Assembly: GCA_963669175.1 (NCBI GenBank) | Contig: OY769902.1 | Span: 5,152,001 to 5,216,000 of the forward strand | DNA length: 64,000 bases | Direction of reading: 5' to 3' | Source of the DNA: a bacterium | GTDB lineage: Bacteria; Electryoneota; Electryoneia; Electryoneales; Electryoneaceae | Shown here: positions 8,814 through 19,914 of the stretch, piece after piece | Layout of the letters: every line of letters starts with the position of its first letter | Position numbering within the stretch: the stretch's first letter is position 1 | Notes under the pieces: model-generated | Database searches by the model: none | What the model was told of the DNA's origin: nothing | The model's input: only the letters and a program-made list of their open reading frames with translations | Program-made: the position numbers and the translations under genes

Positions 8814-11513
8814 TCACTTTATCAATGTCAATTTCCGTGTATCGGTCAATCCCTGTCCTGACAACTGCAGGAAATACACCCCACTTGACAGGGTTTCTCC
8901 GTCAAAGGAAAGCGTATGCTGTCCGCTGTTTGCTGATCCATTCAACAATGTTGCCACCCGGCGTCCGGTGACATCGTACAGATGCAGCTCCACATGCCCA
9001 GCCTGCGGCAGAGTAAAACCAACGGTAGCCCGGCTGTTGAACGGATTCGGGTAAACATCCGTCAGCGCAAACTCTGTTGGCGTCTCCACCTGCAGATCCT
9101 GTTCCGGAGCATCGGCGATATTGAACCACTCCATGATGTTAAACAGGACTTCCAGCCGTGATGTGGTATTGCTGGCGCCACTGACAGCCTCAAAGGCAAA
9201 CGGGAAATAGACCAGGTTGTAGTCACCGCTATACCAGAGTGCGCCTACGTTTGAACCACCCAGGTAATAGTATGCGGCATGGGCTCCGCCAATCGCCTCA
9301 ATCACATCCGGGTCTGTGCTGTTGGATGCCCCGCCCGGACCGACCAGTACAAGCTGGCTGTTCTCAACCACAGGACCGCCCGCATCTTCAATTGCGGTCA
9401 GGGCCATCTGTGTATTGCCATCCGCATGCTGTGCGTGCAGGTAATTGCTGTAGAAGGTGGTTCCCGCCAGTTGATCATCAATCTTCTGACCAAACAGGAA
9501 CACGTTTACCCCATTGTCCATAGCATTTTGCAAAGAAGCAATTTCCACATCGGAGAAAGGATCAGAAGCGTTTCCGGTCATCCAGACAATGGCGTTGTAC
9601 TCATCCAGCTCGCTATTGTCGGGCAAGGAGGTCAACACGTTGGTATCATGATGGAAGTAGGCGTAGTCGTAATCGTCCAGATCCTGAATAATCCAGTTCT
9701 CCAGCTCTTCCCCACCATCATCGTCCACCAGCAGGATGGGTGGTGTGCCAAGCATGATACGTTCCTGCACGGCGATCTCGTAGTCATTCGGGCCACATGT
9801 AATGGCGAGGCGAAGCATGACAAACCTTCCATTCACAGCATCCTGCCCGGCGGTGAAGCTGAGCGGCAGGTTGGTATTCAGAATTTCATTCCCGGCAGCC
9901 AATCCACCCAGGTTCACCTCCTGTTGACCATACTCAATCCCATCGGTCAGCACTTCAATCCGTGCGGTGACATCGGTCGCATCCTGCCATCCTTCCGCGT
10001 TGGAGAGACGGAAAGTAACGGAGATTTCCTCGTTGATATCCGGGTGACCGTTACCATCAGGATCGCTGATAGTCCACTCTTCGATTTCCAGTTCCGGCCA
10101 CAGGTTTTGCGTAACGGCTTTGTAGGCATTCACACGTCCTGTTCCGATGGGATGATCAGCATTGGGACAGGGATCAGTGGAATCGATAACACGTTGCCGC
10201 CAGAATTCGTTGTCCTCATCCGGGTTCATGGCAATCACCAGCGCGCCAACTCCTGCTGCAATCGGTCCTGCAACGGAAGTTCCGTCCCATGATGAGTAGC
10301 TGTCATTAAACCAGCAGGTATAGCACCCTTCACCCGGCGCAGCCACTTCGACCCAGTCGCCCCAGTTGGAGAAACTGGCTCGTTCATCCTGCGAGGTTGT
10401 TGCAGCTACCGAGATCACATGATCATAGTTGGAAGGATAATGAACTGTTCCGACTCCGTCGTTCCCGGTAGCGCCGAACAGTAATGCCCCATGGTTCCAG
10501 GCATACTGAATGGAGTTTCTCAGTGAAGTATTCTGCGTATCACCACCGAAAGACAAGTTAATAACCATCACGCCTTTGTCGGTGGCATAATAGATTGCCT
10601 GTGCGGCTGCCGACAGGATGACGCTGCCGATTCCTTCCAGTGGCGTATAGCCCGAACGGCTCGCCATGATCTTGCAATTATAGGCAACACCCAGGCCGCC
10701 GACACCATTATCTCCAATCGCTGCCATTGCCGAAGCGCACCCGGTGCCATGACCATCGAAGTCCATCGGGTTGTTATCCGGAGTCGGGCCATCTTCTCCC
10801 GGCGCGACAGCCCCGGTATGATGTACCCAGTCCCACCCGATAAAATCGTCTACCAGGCCGTTCATATCATCATCTGCATTGTTCCAGTCACCAACTGTTC
10901 CCGGTTGATCGGGAAAGCCCATGGCTCTGTCATAGGGATAGTGATCATCATCAATGTCTTCACCCGGATTTATCCAGATGTGCTCTATCATGTCCGGATG
11001 ATTCCAGTCGGTTCCGGAATCAATCGCCACCACGATAATTTCTTCATCACCGGAAGTAACATCCCAGGCCGCATCCGCGCTGATCTTGGTCAACCACCAC
11101 TGAAGACCAAACGAGGGATCATCCGGGGTATAATATAACGGCAACAACCAATCGGGCGTGGCAAACTCTACCATGTCGAGCTGTTCACATTCCGCCCCGA
11201 TCAGCTCCATGTCGCTGGATGACGGGAAGAAGAGCTTGTAATCATTGGCCAGCCTGTCCCGCCATTCCACATCCTGCAGGATATAGTCACCCAGGAAGGG
11301 CTGTACTTCGGACGCTTTGAAACGGCTAAGAATCCGGTTGACTTCGGGGCTGCTTGAGACCATCTCGCCTGTTGAAGTCGTGGCAAATTCCACAGGTTCG
11401 GTAAACCTGATCAGGAGAACACCGGGAACGTAATCGGAAGAAGAATTCCCCGCCAGGGAAATGGATGCAGCGATCAGCAAGACGAATAACACGACCACCG
11501 GGCAGCGTTTCAT
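8814..11513 (-). CDS. S8 (subtilase) serine peptidase with C-terminal T9SS/FlgD domain
   Basis: Triad motifs VAIDSG, DGHGT, DGTSVAGP. Signal peptide begins MKRCPVV at 11513 with GAGGAG RBS. C-terminal YPNPFN...SSGVYF. Confidence 0.92.
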   Translation of the reverse strand: MKRCPVVVLFVLLIAASISLAGNSSSDYVPGVLLIRFTEPVEFATTSTGEMVSSSPEVNRILSRFKASEVQPFLGDYILQDVEWRDRLANDYKLFFPSSSDMELIGAECEQLDMVEFATPDWLLPLYYTPDDPSFGLQWWLTKISADAAWDVTSGDEEIIVVAIDSGTDWNHPDMIEHIWINPGEDIDDDHYPYDRAMGFPDQPGTVGDWNNADDDMNGLVDDFIGWDWVHHTGAVAPGEDGPTPDNNPMDFDGHGTGCASAMAAIGDNGVGGLGVAYNCKIMASRSGYTPLEGIGSVILSAAAQAIYYATDKGVMVINLSFGGDTQNTSLRNSIQYAWNHGALLFGATGNDGVGTVHYPSNYDHVISVAATTSQDERASFSNWGDWVEVAAPGEGCYTCWFNDSYSSWDGTSVAGPIAAGVGALVIAMNPDEDNEFWRQRVIDSTDPCPNADHPIGTGRVNAYKAVTQNLWPELEIEEWTISDPDGNGHPDINEEISVTFRLSNAEGWQDATDVTARIEVLTDGIEYGQQEVNLGGLAAGNEILNTNLPLSFTAGQDAVNGRFVMLRLAITCGPNDYEIAVQERIMLGTPPILLVDDDGGEELENWIIQDLDDYDYAYFHHDTNVLTSLPDNSELDEYNAIVWMTGNASDPFSDVEIASLQNAMDNGVNVFLFGQKIDDQLAGTTFYSNYLHAQHADGNTQMALTAIEDAGGPVVENSQLVLVGPGGASNSTDPDVIEAIGGAHAAYYYLGGSNVGALWYSGDYNLVYFPFAFEAVSGASNTTSRLEVLFNIMEWFNIADAPEQDLQVETPTEFALTDVYPNPFNSRATVGFTLPQAGHVELHLYDVTGRRVATLLNGSANSGQHTLSFDGETLSSGVYFLQLSGQGLTDTRKLTLIK

Positions 11514-11963
11514 GGGACACTCCTCGTGTTGTCTCTTCCCTGGGCAGCAGGAAAGAACGCATGTGTGCCAATGGGGTATAAGGATCGGCTGCCTCCGCAA
11601 GCAGGGAGGTTTTGGTCAGCAAGCAACACTCCTGTACCATTTCCGGTCGATGGTACCCCGTAAGAAAAACGGGCTCATGAATCTTGCCGCATGCTCAACC
11701 GTAGTCAAAAACATGCGAAAAGATCACAAACATGGCTCCGGCAGCAGTGGATAAATCCACTAACCCCCGTGAAAAAATCGCAAAAACTGTTCCGGTGGCA
11801 ATAAAGAAGAGGGTAGAATCATTTTTTCATATAAATCATACTGTTATCAGCCATTCCTTGAGAGAAGAGTACAGGACAAAGTTCAATACGCGCCTTATCC
11901 TGTAGCGAAACAATACTCAAGATGTAGCATGTAGATCACAGGGCTGTGCAGATTACGCCTGAT

Positions 11964-12419
11964 TTAAGGCTGCCTGCGAACCAGGATAATCGTGCCTGCA
12001 AGGGCAATAATGATGCAGAGCGGTGAGTACAACTGGCGATTCAGTGTCATAAAAGGATCGAGTGAGCCGGCAAAAACCGGCAGGTAGCCAGCCAGTCCAC
12101 GAAGGGCGAAAATGCTGACAATGGCGATCATGAGGATCTGCCAGAGCTTGCGTGGCCCCGGCAGCTCCTTCTCCCACGCCCAGAGACTGAACATGACTCC
12201 CATTGCCATGAAAATCAGCCCGAAGAGCAAAGATAGCAACTGTGGCGGCACAGGACCGGGATCACCGACAAACGTGGACATGAACTGCTCGGCGTCATTG
12301 GCAGGCCAGAAGCTACCAAATCCCCAGACCACATGAAGCAATCCGATCATCACCAGCAGCATGGTGACAACGATGGCAATATTCCTGGATAACAACGGAA
12401 CCTCCATTTTAGACGGCAC
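11964..12419 (-). CDS. Small membrane protein (DUF3995-like)
   Basis: 'GLLHVVWGFGSFWP', 'IFALRGLAG', 'LYSPLC' pattern; about four hydrophobic segments. Confidence 0.7.
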   Translation of the reverse strand: MPSKMEVPLLSRNIAIVVTMLLVMIGLLHVVWGFGSFWPANDAEQFMSTFVGDPGPVPPQLLSLLFGLIFMAMGVMFSLWAWEKELPGPRKLWQILMIAIVSIFALRGLAGYLPVFAGSLDPFMTLNRQLYSPLCIIIALAGTIILVRRQP

Positions 12420-12519
12420 AAAGTACCTGATCCAGTATGAGAATAGTATTTATTCAAATACCGGTTTTCTGTGAGATTTCTCACACAGAGGAGGTTTCAA
12501 GGGTCAGCCTGAATAAGCT

Positions 12520-13845
12520 TCAGGCAATATGCTCCACAGCGTCTGCCAGATACTCATATCGTGGCGTCAGTTTCCCCTGGTGTGCGATGACAGCGCTCCG
12601 GAACTCAAGCGGAAGTTCCGGCTCCAGTTCCTCGAACGGCTTGCTGAAATCTGCCGCAAGCAATGCCGGGATATAGGGCGAAAGCATATCGCCGAATGCT
12701 ATCGTTGATTCCCTCGGAATTTCAGCGGGTAGAATATCAACCGTCATCATCTGCATTCCCGGCGCTTCAAACCCATCCGTATCTTCACGCGTTTCCGGAT
12801 TGATGACATAAACCGGATTCTCGGGCAATGTCGGCCTTACGGTGCATTCAATGGACCCGAGCGGATCGCAGGTGATGTCGCCAATAACAGTAAGCTTAGG
12901 CAGAGCCTCCTGCAAAAACAACGCAGACAGGTCATCCCAGGTGATCAGGCGCGGGTATTTGTCCAGCCAATATATCGCATTGACCAGCATGGTCAGATGT
13001 GGCAGATATTGGGTGAAGACAGAACGATAGTTGCCGGGATTGTCATAATAGTCCTGAAGTTCAAAAGTTGCGCCATCTTCCACTGGCTCAACCATGTCTT
13101 CTTCCTTGAATACGACAAGGTAAATGGTGTCGGCATCGAGAGTGCCCTGCGCCGAACGCTCCCTCAACTGTGCAGCCGTGATCTCTTCCGGCTCCAGCAG
13201 GTTGAAGATTTCCTGCGCGCCCTTGGACACACTTCCGTAACCTGCTATACCGCATACCATCGGCCCCAGTCCTGACGGCAGGCCAGTCTTTTTAATCTCA
13301 GCGCCAATCTGTTTGATGGATGTTTTGGCGTCTTCCAGCGAATCATAGGTAATCGCCTGCTGCAGGGATGCCAGTGCAGTGTCGTGCCCCTGTGCTTTCC
13401 AACGCTGTCCCAGGCTCCACAACGTGTTCACCATCCCGGCCAATCCCGCCTGCACACCGAAGAAAATGGTTCTGCGGCCTCGTTCGTCCGCGACGACTTC
13501 GTAGTCCAGCAAGGTGATCTTTTCATCCAGCACACGCTTCAGCAGGGGCATGTTGTACGGCTGCGCCTTGATCGTATGTGAGAAAAACAGATGCGGACGT
13601 CCGCTTTGAAAACGCTCCAACGGAATCTCTTTTACCCCTGCCATGAAATCAACCGGCGGCAACTCTTCCACCACCGTCGCACCGGCATCGAGATACTCCC
13701 GGTCCTTAAAAATCCGGTGGGTGGATTTTTCCACCAGAAACTGGAGATCGTGTTTTGCTGCAAGCTCTTTGACGTGCTGTGGCGCTAACGGTGCACGCCG
13801 TTCCTGTTCGGTTTTATCTTCTCGCCGGATTCCGATGGTGCGCAT
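12520..13845 (-). CDS. Lysine-ketoglutarate reductase / saccharopine dehydrogenase-like enzyme (AlaDh/PNT fold)
   Basis: 'IRREDK..ERRAPLAPQHV', 'FFSHTIKAQPYNMPLL', 'LLDYE', 'GDITCDPLGSIE', 'VDILPAEIPRES', all typical of LKR domains. Confidence 0.85.
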   Translation of the reverse strand: MRTIGIRREDKTEQERRAPLAPQHVKELAAKHDLQFLVEKSTHRIFKDREYLDAGATVVEELPPVDFMAGVKEIPLERFQSGRPHLFFSHTIKAQPYNMPLLKRVLDEKITLLDYEVVADERGRRTIFFGVQAGLAGMVNTLWSLGQRWKAQGHDTALASLQQAITYDSLEDAKTSIKQIGAEIKKTGLPSGLGPMVCGIAGYGSVSKGAQEIFNLLEPEEITAAQLRERSAQGTLDADTIYLVVFKEEDMVEPVEDGATFELQDYYDNPGNYRSVFTQYLPHLTMLVNAIYWLDKYPRLITWDDLSALFLQEALPKLTVIGDITCDPLGSIECTVRPTLPENPVYVINPETREDTDGFEAPGMQMMTVDILPAEIPRESTIAFGDMLSPYIPALLAADFSKPFEELEPELPLEFRSAVIAHQGKLTPRYEYLADAVEHIA

Positions 13846-13972
13846 GAGGCCAATTCCTTACTCTATCAGGTTGTTTCTTCACACTCTTTGTGCCGTGAGC
13901 ATGGTAGCAAATTGGACCTGCAAGAGCAAATCATTTTGCCCTGGAGCATTCTGAGAGCGCCCTGGAAGAAAA

Positions 13973-14449
13973 TAGCCCGAACATTTCATGAACGAAACAT
14001 GGACAACCATCTTAACACATTTCATATCAACACATTACAACTGATTCATACAGCATTTTTCAGGGGACAGTTTACGCCGGTATCCCTTTGCGTGTCTATT
14101 TCCCGTTTCGCTGGCAAGATGAGGCTGAGTATCGGCAACCGCCCCGGCAGGGGCAACCTGTATTAGCCCCGGGCAGCCGCCGTCAGTTTGGCGGCTACCC
14201 TGGGAGATAATGCGCACCATATATTTACTCCGGAAGGAGTAAACTAATAATAACCATGAGTATACAGTGGTAGTATTTAGGCAACCCGCTGCCGGGGTTG
14301 GCAAGTAGCGTACATCCTATTCCCACCGTGAGCGCCAAACAGACGGCGCTGGACGGTGGGCTAATTCAGGGAACCACTGCCGTGGTTCTTGTACTGGCCG
14401 TTCCATCAAGTATCACATTGAAATTGCCATTGGTGAAATCTTCGGGATA
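13973..14449. mobile_element. Non-autonomous MITE copy 2 (477 bp)
   Basis: Ends TAGCCCGAACATTTCA ... TGAAATCTTCGGGATA; colinear and highly similar to 4626-5101. Confidence 0.85.
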
Positions 14450-14696
14450 GCGCCTCCTCGTTGAGTTTCAGCAAGCGTAGCCGTGATCAAACTGAAAACA
14501 ACAACAGGCTGAAAGTAATGACAGTTCAGGTTGCTCAGCAGTTCCGATTAAGAACAACGACAGGATTGATCAGGGTTCTTGCAGGTATACTTGCAAACAG
14601 CAACAGGATAGATCAGGGGTCTTTGCAGGTCCACCGAAGGTGGGCCACTTGAATAGCGCGGCTTGTAAGCGCCGGGAATACGATCTTACACCACAA

Positions 14697-14941
14697 GGGA
14701 AATCGGGACTGCTACTCCATTTCGCCAGATGGAATGCTACTACCAGTTGACGCAGTTCGATAAATCTCCATGATTATCTATTTCCGTGATAACGTATAGC
14801 GAAATAGGTAGCTGTCCCAGGATTTTCCGGATAATCTCTCGCAAAAGCAGGCGAAAAATCCGGTACAGTCACCTTTTCACATACCCTGGCTTGACTGTCT
14901 TGCATTTGTGGAAATGAAAAGGTGACAGTCCCATTTTTCGC
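14697..14941. repeat. 'GGGACTG/CAGTCCC' palindromic repeat doublets
   Basis: Similar to 5155-5420, e.g. GCAGGCGAAAAATCCGGTACAG...GAAAAGG(T/C)(G/A)ACAGTCCCATTTTTCGC. Confidence 0.8.
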
Positions 14942-15096
14942 CCTCACTGTAGCACACATGAACATTATCCGGGATTTACTCCGATTTTGCTTCAATAAAC
15001 CTTTTCATAACAAAGCTCCCTCCTCAGTATCCTTTCGAGAGGAATTCACCCTGCCTATATTCCCTTACAACTTTTGCCAAGACAAAGGATTTCACC

Positions 15097-15669
15097 ATGT
15101 CCGACAAGTTTATCTATATCGTATCCGGGTTACCTCGCAGTGGCACCTCCATGATGATGCGCATGATGGAAGCGGGTGGCGTTCCAATCATGTCTGACGG
15201 CGAACGTGTGGCGGACATCGACAACCCACGTGGCTACTACGAGCTGGAGAAGGTCAAGCAGATCAAGGAAGATGCGTCCTGGCTGCCTGAATCACAAGGC
15301 AAAGTCTTCAAAATGATCTCCATGCTGTTACTGGACCTGCCCTCGACCTTCCAGTACAAGATTCTCTTCATGAAACGTGAGATCAGTGAAGTGCTGGCCT
15401 CGGAACGGAAAATGCTGGAACGCCGTGGCAAGGAGCGTGATGTGGATGACGCGACCATGGCGGCCATGTTCGGTAAACATTTGACCCATGTGAAAAGCTG
15501 GATGGATCAACAGCCGAACGTCGACTGGCTGGAAATGGACTACAACGCCATGCTGCAAGACCCGCAACCTTGGCTTGATAAACTGCCTGGCTTCCTGCAA
15601 ATGGATGTGGATGTCGCCGCCATGGCGAAAATCGTAGAACCCGCACTGTATCGGAATCGGGGGAAGTAG
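15097..15669 (+). CDS. Sulfotransferase-domain protein
   Basis: 5'-PSB-like motif 'IVSGLPRSGTSMMM', 'DNPRGYYE', 'R...EVLASE'. Confidence 0.85.
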   Translation: MSDKFIYIVSGLPRSGTSMMMRMMEAGGVPIMSDGERVADIDNPRGYYELEKVKQIKEDASWLPESQGKVFKMISMLLLDLPSTFQYKILFMKREISEVLASERKMLERRGKERDVDDATMAAMFGKHLTHVKSWMDQQPNVDWLEMDYNAMLQDPQPWLDKLPGFLQMDVDVAAMAKIVEPALYRNRGK

Positions 15670-15673
15670 ATTA

Positions 15674-16072
15674 CTATTGTTTGCCAGCAATTTTTAAACA
15701 ATATTCCCTTATTTCATCCTCAAGGTTTCCTCTAAACACTGTTCTTACATTATCAAAATCTTTTACTAATTTACTAAGATCTTTACTTGTGTCCTGAGAG
15801 TAAAAATAGATCGGTATTGTACTTAAATGATCCTCATCACGTATTTTCTCTATATAATAATCTCCATTCTTTGGCTCCATATGATAATCCATAATTATTG
15901 CTGCATATGTAAAATACATTAGCTTTTGTTTAATATCGTCTAATTCTCCATTTTCTACATGATGCACTTGTAATTCTATATCATAATCCTTTAATATTAT
16001 TTCTAAATTTTCTTTTGCGCCATTTACCCATGCTGCCATATCGTCTATCCACAGCAATATTATCGTCTTCAT
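15674..16072 (-). CDS. Stand-alone response regulator receiver
   Basis: 'LLWIDD', phosphoacceptor 'IIMDYHM...NG', 'PIYFYS'; ATGA overlap with the upstream kinase gene; AT-rich. Confidence 0.85.
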   Translation of the reverse strand: MKTIILLWIDDMAAWVNGAKENLEIILKDYDIELQVHHVENGELDDIKQKLMYFTYAAIIMDYHMEPKNGDYYIEKIRDEDHLSTIPIYFYSQDTSKDLSKLVKDFDNVRTVFRGNLEDEIREYCLKIAGKQ

Positions 16073-18333
16073 GTTTTCTCCTTAATTAATATTTTAAATG
16101 TTACGCCTTCTGTTTCGTTTTTCTTCACCGCAATTGATGCCGCCATACTCTCTACTATTCTCTTCACATGATACAAACCAACTCCTGACCCGTCTGTTGT
16201 TGTATAACCCATGTTATAAATATTTTTAATTTCCTCTTCTTTTATTCCCACTCCATCATCCTTAAATGATATTTCTATATCACCTTTTTCTGTTTTTTGT
16301 GTCTTTATTACCATCACCTTTGCTTTTGCTTTTCTAGCATTTGACACCATATTGTCAATTATAATGTTTATTTCTATTGGTTTTACTTCTATTTCGTACT
16401 TATCCTTATTGTCATCCACATACTTTATCCGCATTTTTTTATCATTTATTGTTGGTATTATATTTTGGACATATTCCTTAATATAATTATTAATATCGAT
16501 TATTGTTGCTTCTGTTTTCAAATTAAACCTTGCTTTTGTTGCAAATATGGCTATGTTTGATATTTTTTTTACCTCTAATCCTATGATGTCTATTATATTC
16601 CATAGTTCTTCATTACTTATTGGTATTTTTCTTTGTGTACGTAGTGATATTCCTTTTAATTTATTTTCTATTGTTCCTGCATAAATACCTACATGATGTA
16701 ACAGGCTAATCATTTCTTTGTAATCTGATGTATTTATTGATTTTAAAAATAAATTTTCAGATATTGTTGTTTTTAATTCTCTTGTCGCCTCTTGTGCTTT
16801 TTTCTCGGCTTCTTTTGCTAATCTGTCAGCCTCTTCCTTCGCCTTCCTCAAATATTCTACTTTTTCTATTGCTTTCTCAGTCACACCGAGTAAATTTTCA
16901 TCACCTATTTCTTTTGCTATTGCCTTTAAATTCTTTACTACACTATTAGCGCTATTTATTTGGCTTGCCTCAATAATATCGATAAAATTTTCAGGCACCT
17001 GAAAATCCACGATATTTTCTGAGTTTGTCAATGTCGCTAACAAATCTATTACTCTTGATGATAATGGTGTATTATTATCATCTTCTATACTGAAGCCCCA
17101 TTGTTGAACATCAACAACATACTTTTCAAGCATTTCTATTGCTTGGAATACAAATTTCGTAAGTTCATCATAATATTCATTCTTAATTAAGCCATCTCCC
17201 CTACTAGACGTTTCAACAAAATGATTATTGCCTGCTTCTGTTATCTCTACCCTACCTATTATTTCTCCTGTTCCAAGTCGGCTTCTTTGCTTTCTGCTTT
17301 TTCTTTTATCTATACCCATTGGATCACTATTGGGCTCACCATACGGATAGACCCTAAAACCGTTTTTGTAAAGAAATAAATTCCCATATAGTCTTGATGC
17401 CATACCCATCTGTTTTGTAAAAGTATATTTTGCCTTTCGACTAAGATAATAAAGAGTTATTTTAATATTATGCAATAATTCATATTCACTATGTTGCTTT
17501 ATTTTATATATTAATGTTCCCCCATCAACTAGAGTTGTCACAATAATATCATTATTGTTTTTTATTCTTGAACATATTTTCGTTGTTTTTAATCCTAATT
17601 GTTCAAATATGAAATTTTTTACCTTTCCGTTTACTTTATCCTTATAATCATCAAATTCATTATCTTTATCCAATTCATCTGAAACCCTTATTATTATGAT
17701 AAAATTCTCATCGTTATCATTTATTGGATTTATTAATTTAGAAAGCGAATCTTTGAGTTTTAATAATTTATCCCTAGACCATTTACTCCTTAATTCTGAT
17801 ATTTCCAGTACAGTACCATATGGCCGAGGATATTTTCTTGCTCCGTTTTCCATATACTCCACTGGAATATCCACAAATTCCTTTTGTGCATCCACTTCAA
17901 AGTTTTCCCAATTAGTACGTAATATTTGAGTTTTTGACGTACCTCTTTTTGTTGTTTCTAGATATAACTTCTTTCCTAATCGGTCACAAGAAAATCTACC
18001 AATACCTTTTGCTCCTGCAAAAGGTCTATTTGCAAATATATTATCTCGATAATCATAATTATTATCTTCTGTCCCATCTTTTTTTGCCGAATAAGCAACA
18101 AATAACCACTTCTTAGAAATATCTTCCCGACTCATTCCTTTACCATTATCACTTATAATAATTCTCGCTTTATTTGTATTTAAATATTTGAATTCTATAA
18201 TAACTTCGGAGGCATGAGCATCAAAGGAGTTTTTTACAAGCTCAAATATTGCAACATAATCATCTGTAATAAGATCACGCCCAATTATATCTTTTAAGGC
18301 TGAACTAATTCTATATTGAAGATTTTCACTCAC
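16069..18333 (-). CDS. Hsp90/MORC-like GHKL ATPase fused to a C-terminal histidine kinase
   Basis: N-terminal 'ELVKNSFDA', 'DNGKGMS', 'GAKGIGRFS'; coiled coil; H-box-like 'LLHHVG'; 'DNMVSNA', 'DDGVGI', 'GYTT..GSGVGLY'. GTG start at 18333 with GAGGAG RBS, overlapping the dcm stop. Confidence 0.85.
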   Translation of the reverse strand: MSENLQYRISSALKDIIGRDLITDDYVAIFELVKNSFDAHASEVIIEFKYLNTNKARIIISDNGKGMSREDISKKWLFVAYSAKKDGTEDNNYDYRDNIFANRPFAGAKGIGRFSCDRLGKKLYLETTKRGTSKTQILRTNWENFEVDAQKEFVDIPVEYMENGARKYPRPYGTVLEISELRSKWSRDKLLKLKDSLSKLINPINDNDENFIIIIRVSDELDKDNEFDDYKDKVNGKVKNFIFEQLGLKTTKICSRIKNNNDIIVTTLVDGGTLIYKIKQHSEYELLHNIKITLYYLSRKAKYTFTKQMGMASRLYGNLFLYKNGFRVYPYGEPNSDPMGIDKRKSRKQRSRLGTGEIIGRVEITEAGNNHFVETSSRGDGLIKNEYYDELTKFVFQAIEMLEKYVVDVQQWGFSIEDDNNTPLSSRVIDLLATLTNSENIVDFQVPENFIDIIEASQINSANSVVKNLKAIAKEIGDENLLGVTEKAIEKVEYLRKAKEEADRLAKEAEKKAQEATRELKTTISENLFLKSINTSDYKEMISLLHHVGIYAGTIENKLKGISLRTQRKIPISNEELWNIIDIIGLEVKKISNIAIFATKARFNLKTEATIIDINNYIKEYVQNIIPTINDKKMRIKYVDDNKDKYEIEVKPIEINIIIDNMVSNARKAKAKVMVIKTQKTEKGDIEISFKDDGVGIKEEEIKNIYNMGYTTTDGSGVGLYHVKRIVESMAASIAVKKNETEGVTFKILIKEKT

Positions 18334-19561
18334 AGAAACACTCCTCAAATATTATGCCACTTTGTTCAGCAAATAAAGGCGGAATTGCATTCCCTACTTG
18401 AGAATACCTTGGAACTGACATTTTCCTATTTTCTCCGCCAGTAGTGTATGTGCCCTTAAATTCATACCAATCGTTAAAAGATTGAATACGTGCATGCTCA
18501 CGAACTGTTAATATCCGCGGCTCTGAATAATGTATATAATCATCCGGCAATGTCGTTATCGTTGGCGCTTGACAATTTCTTGCAAGCGGAATGATTGTAT
18601 GTTTCTTAATATTGAGTTTTTCTTTTAATCTCCTTGATACAGTTCTATTTTTTTCAGCCTCAAGAAGGATGAGTTTAAGTTTTCTTACGGTATTAGGTCT
18701 ATGCTGCGCAAAACGATGACTATCAGGAATGATATTATCATAATCATGCCGTAATAATTTCTGATAATTACTAGAAGGTAAATTATATAATCCAGCATAA
18801 AAAGATTTTGAATCTGGACAACTTACAATATTTTGTTTCACTAGATCCGATATTGCATCTTGAAGTGTGTTTCTGACACCAATATTCTTACCTTCTAAGA
18901 AAGAATATTTGTTCTCCTCCAATAGCTCAAAAAATGAGGCTGGCGAGTAGTTAATTTTCCTATCCTTTCTAACGCCAACTAAAATAAATCTTGTCCTTTT
19001 CTGTGGGATTCCAAATTCCGAAAAGTTTACTAATTTTCCATATACTTCATAACCAAAATAACCATGCTTTGGGGAACTACGTGCAAGCAACTTTTGGACA
19101 TATTCGGAATATATCCGACCTTTTAATTTGTTTTTATCAAATTTTAACGTAAATCCTCTTACATTCTCAAAGAATATTACTTTTGGCTGAACAAGTCTAA
19201 TAAATTTAATGTAAGAGTGAATCAATTGATTTCTTTTATCACTTTCATCGCGCCGTCCTGCTGTGGAAAATCCTTGGCAAGGTGGGCCTCCAGCAACTAA
19301 ATCAATTTTCCCACGCAATTCCCGTAACTCACTAGAAAAATGTGATATAACATAGTTAATGTCAAGCGATGTTTGTGGCAGCCAATCTGGCCAAATGAAA
19401 TGATTTCGTCGTTCTATTAAATTGAACCTGAGGGTTTCAAATGCTTCAGCATTTTTTTCAAGCGCAAAAACACCATCCCATCGACCTGTGTTATACAGCC
19501 CTAAGGATAATCCCCCACAACCTGCAAAAAGGTCTATGTACTTTGGTTTGAATTTTGTCAT
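18326..19561 (-). CDS. dcm: DNA (cytosine-5)-methyltransferase
   Basis: Motifs 'DLFAGCGG', 'GGPPCQGFS', 'FENV', 'PQKRTR', 'R.LTVREHARIQSF', 'QVGNAIPP'. Confidence 0.95.
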   Translation of the reverse strand: MTKFKPKYIDLFAGCGGLSLGLYNTGRWDGVFALEKNAEAFETLRFNLIERRNHFIWPDWLPQTSLDINYVISHFSSELRELRGKIDLVAGGPPCQGFSTAGRRDESDKRNQLIHSYIKFIRLVQPKVIFFENVRGFTLKFDKNKLKGRIYSEYVQKLLARSSPKHGYFGYEVYGKLVNFSEFGIPQKRTRFILVGVRKDRKINYSPASFFELLEENKYSFLEGKNIGVRNTLQDAISDLVKQNIVSCPDSKSFYAGLYNLPSSNYQKLLRHDYDNIIPDSHRFAQHRPNTVRKLKLILLEAEKNRTVSRRLKEKLNIKKHTIIPLARNCQAPTITTLPDDYIHYSEPRILTVREHARIQSFNDWYEFKGTYTTGGENRKMSVPRYSQVGNAIPPLFAEQSGIIFEECFCE

Positions 19562-19914
19562 CGCGAAGGCACTATGTTAAGCTTCTTTGTTGATCATCCC
19601 CTTAAACTATTAATAATACAGACAATAAGCACACCATACAATTCTTCAAATTTGAAGAATTGTTAAAACATGAAGGTTTCGCTGATCAAATTATGACATT
19701 TTCAAGATTCCTGTATTTTCCTTCCGCGAAGCAATATACAGGTTACTGCTATATTATACAATATGGATAAGTAAAAAATACTTTGAAACACCTTCTGTAG
19801 CTCCTAAACTGAATATTTTGTCCGAGTCATTACAATACTTCTACCCTTGCCTTGGTGATAATTCCAAGATAATCCTGCCTCAGAATTAGCAATTCTAAAT
19901 GTGTGTTATAAACG

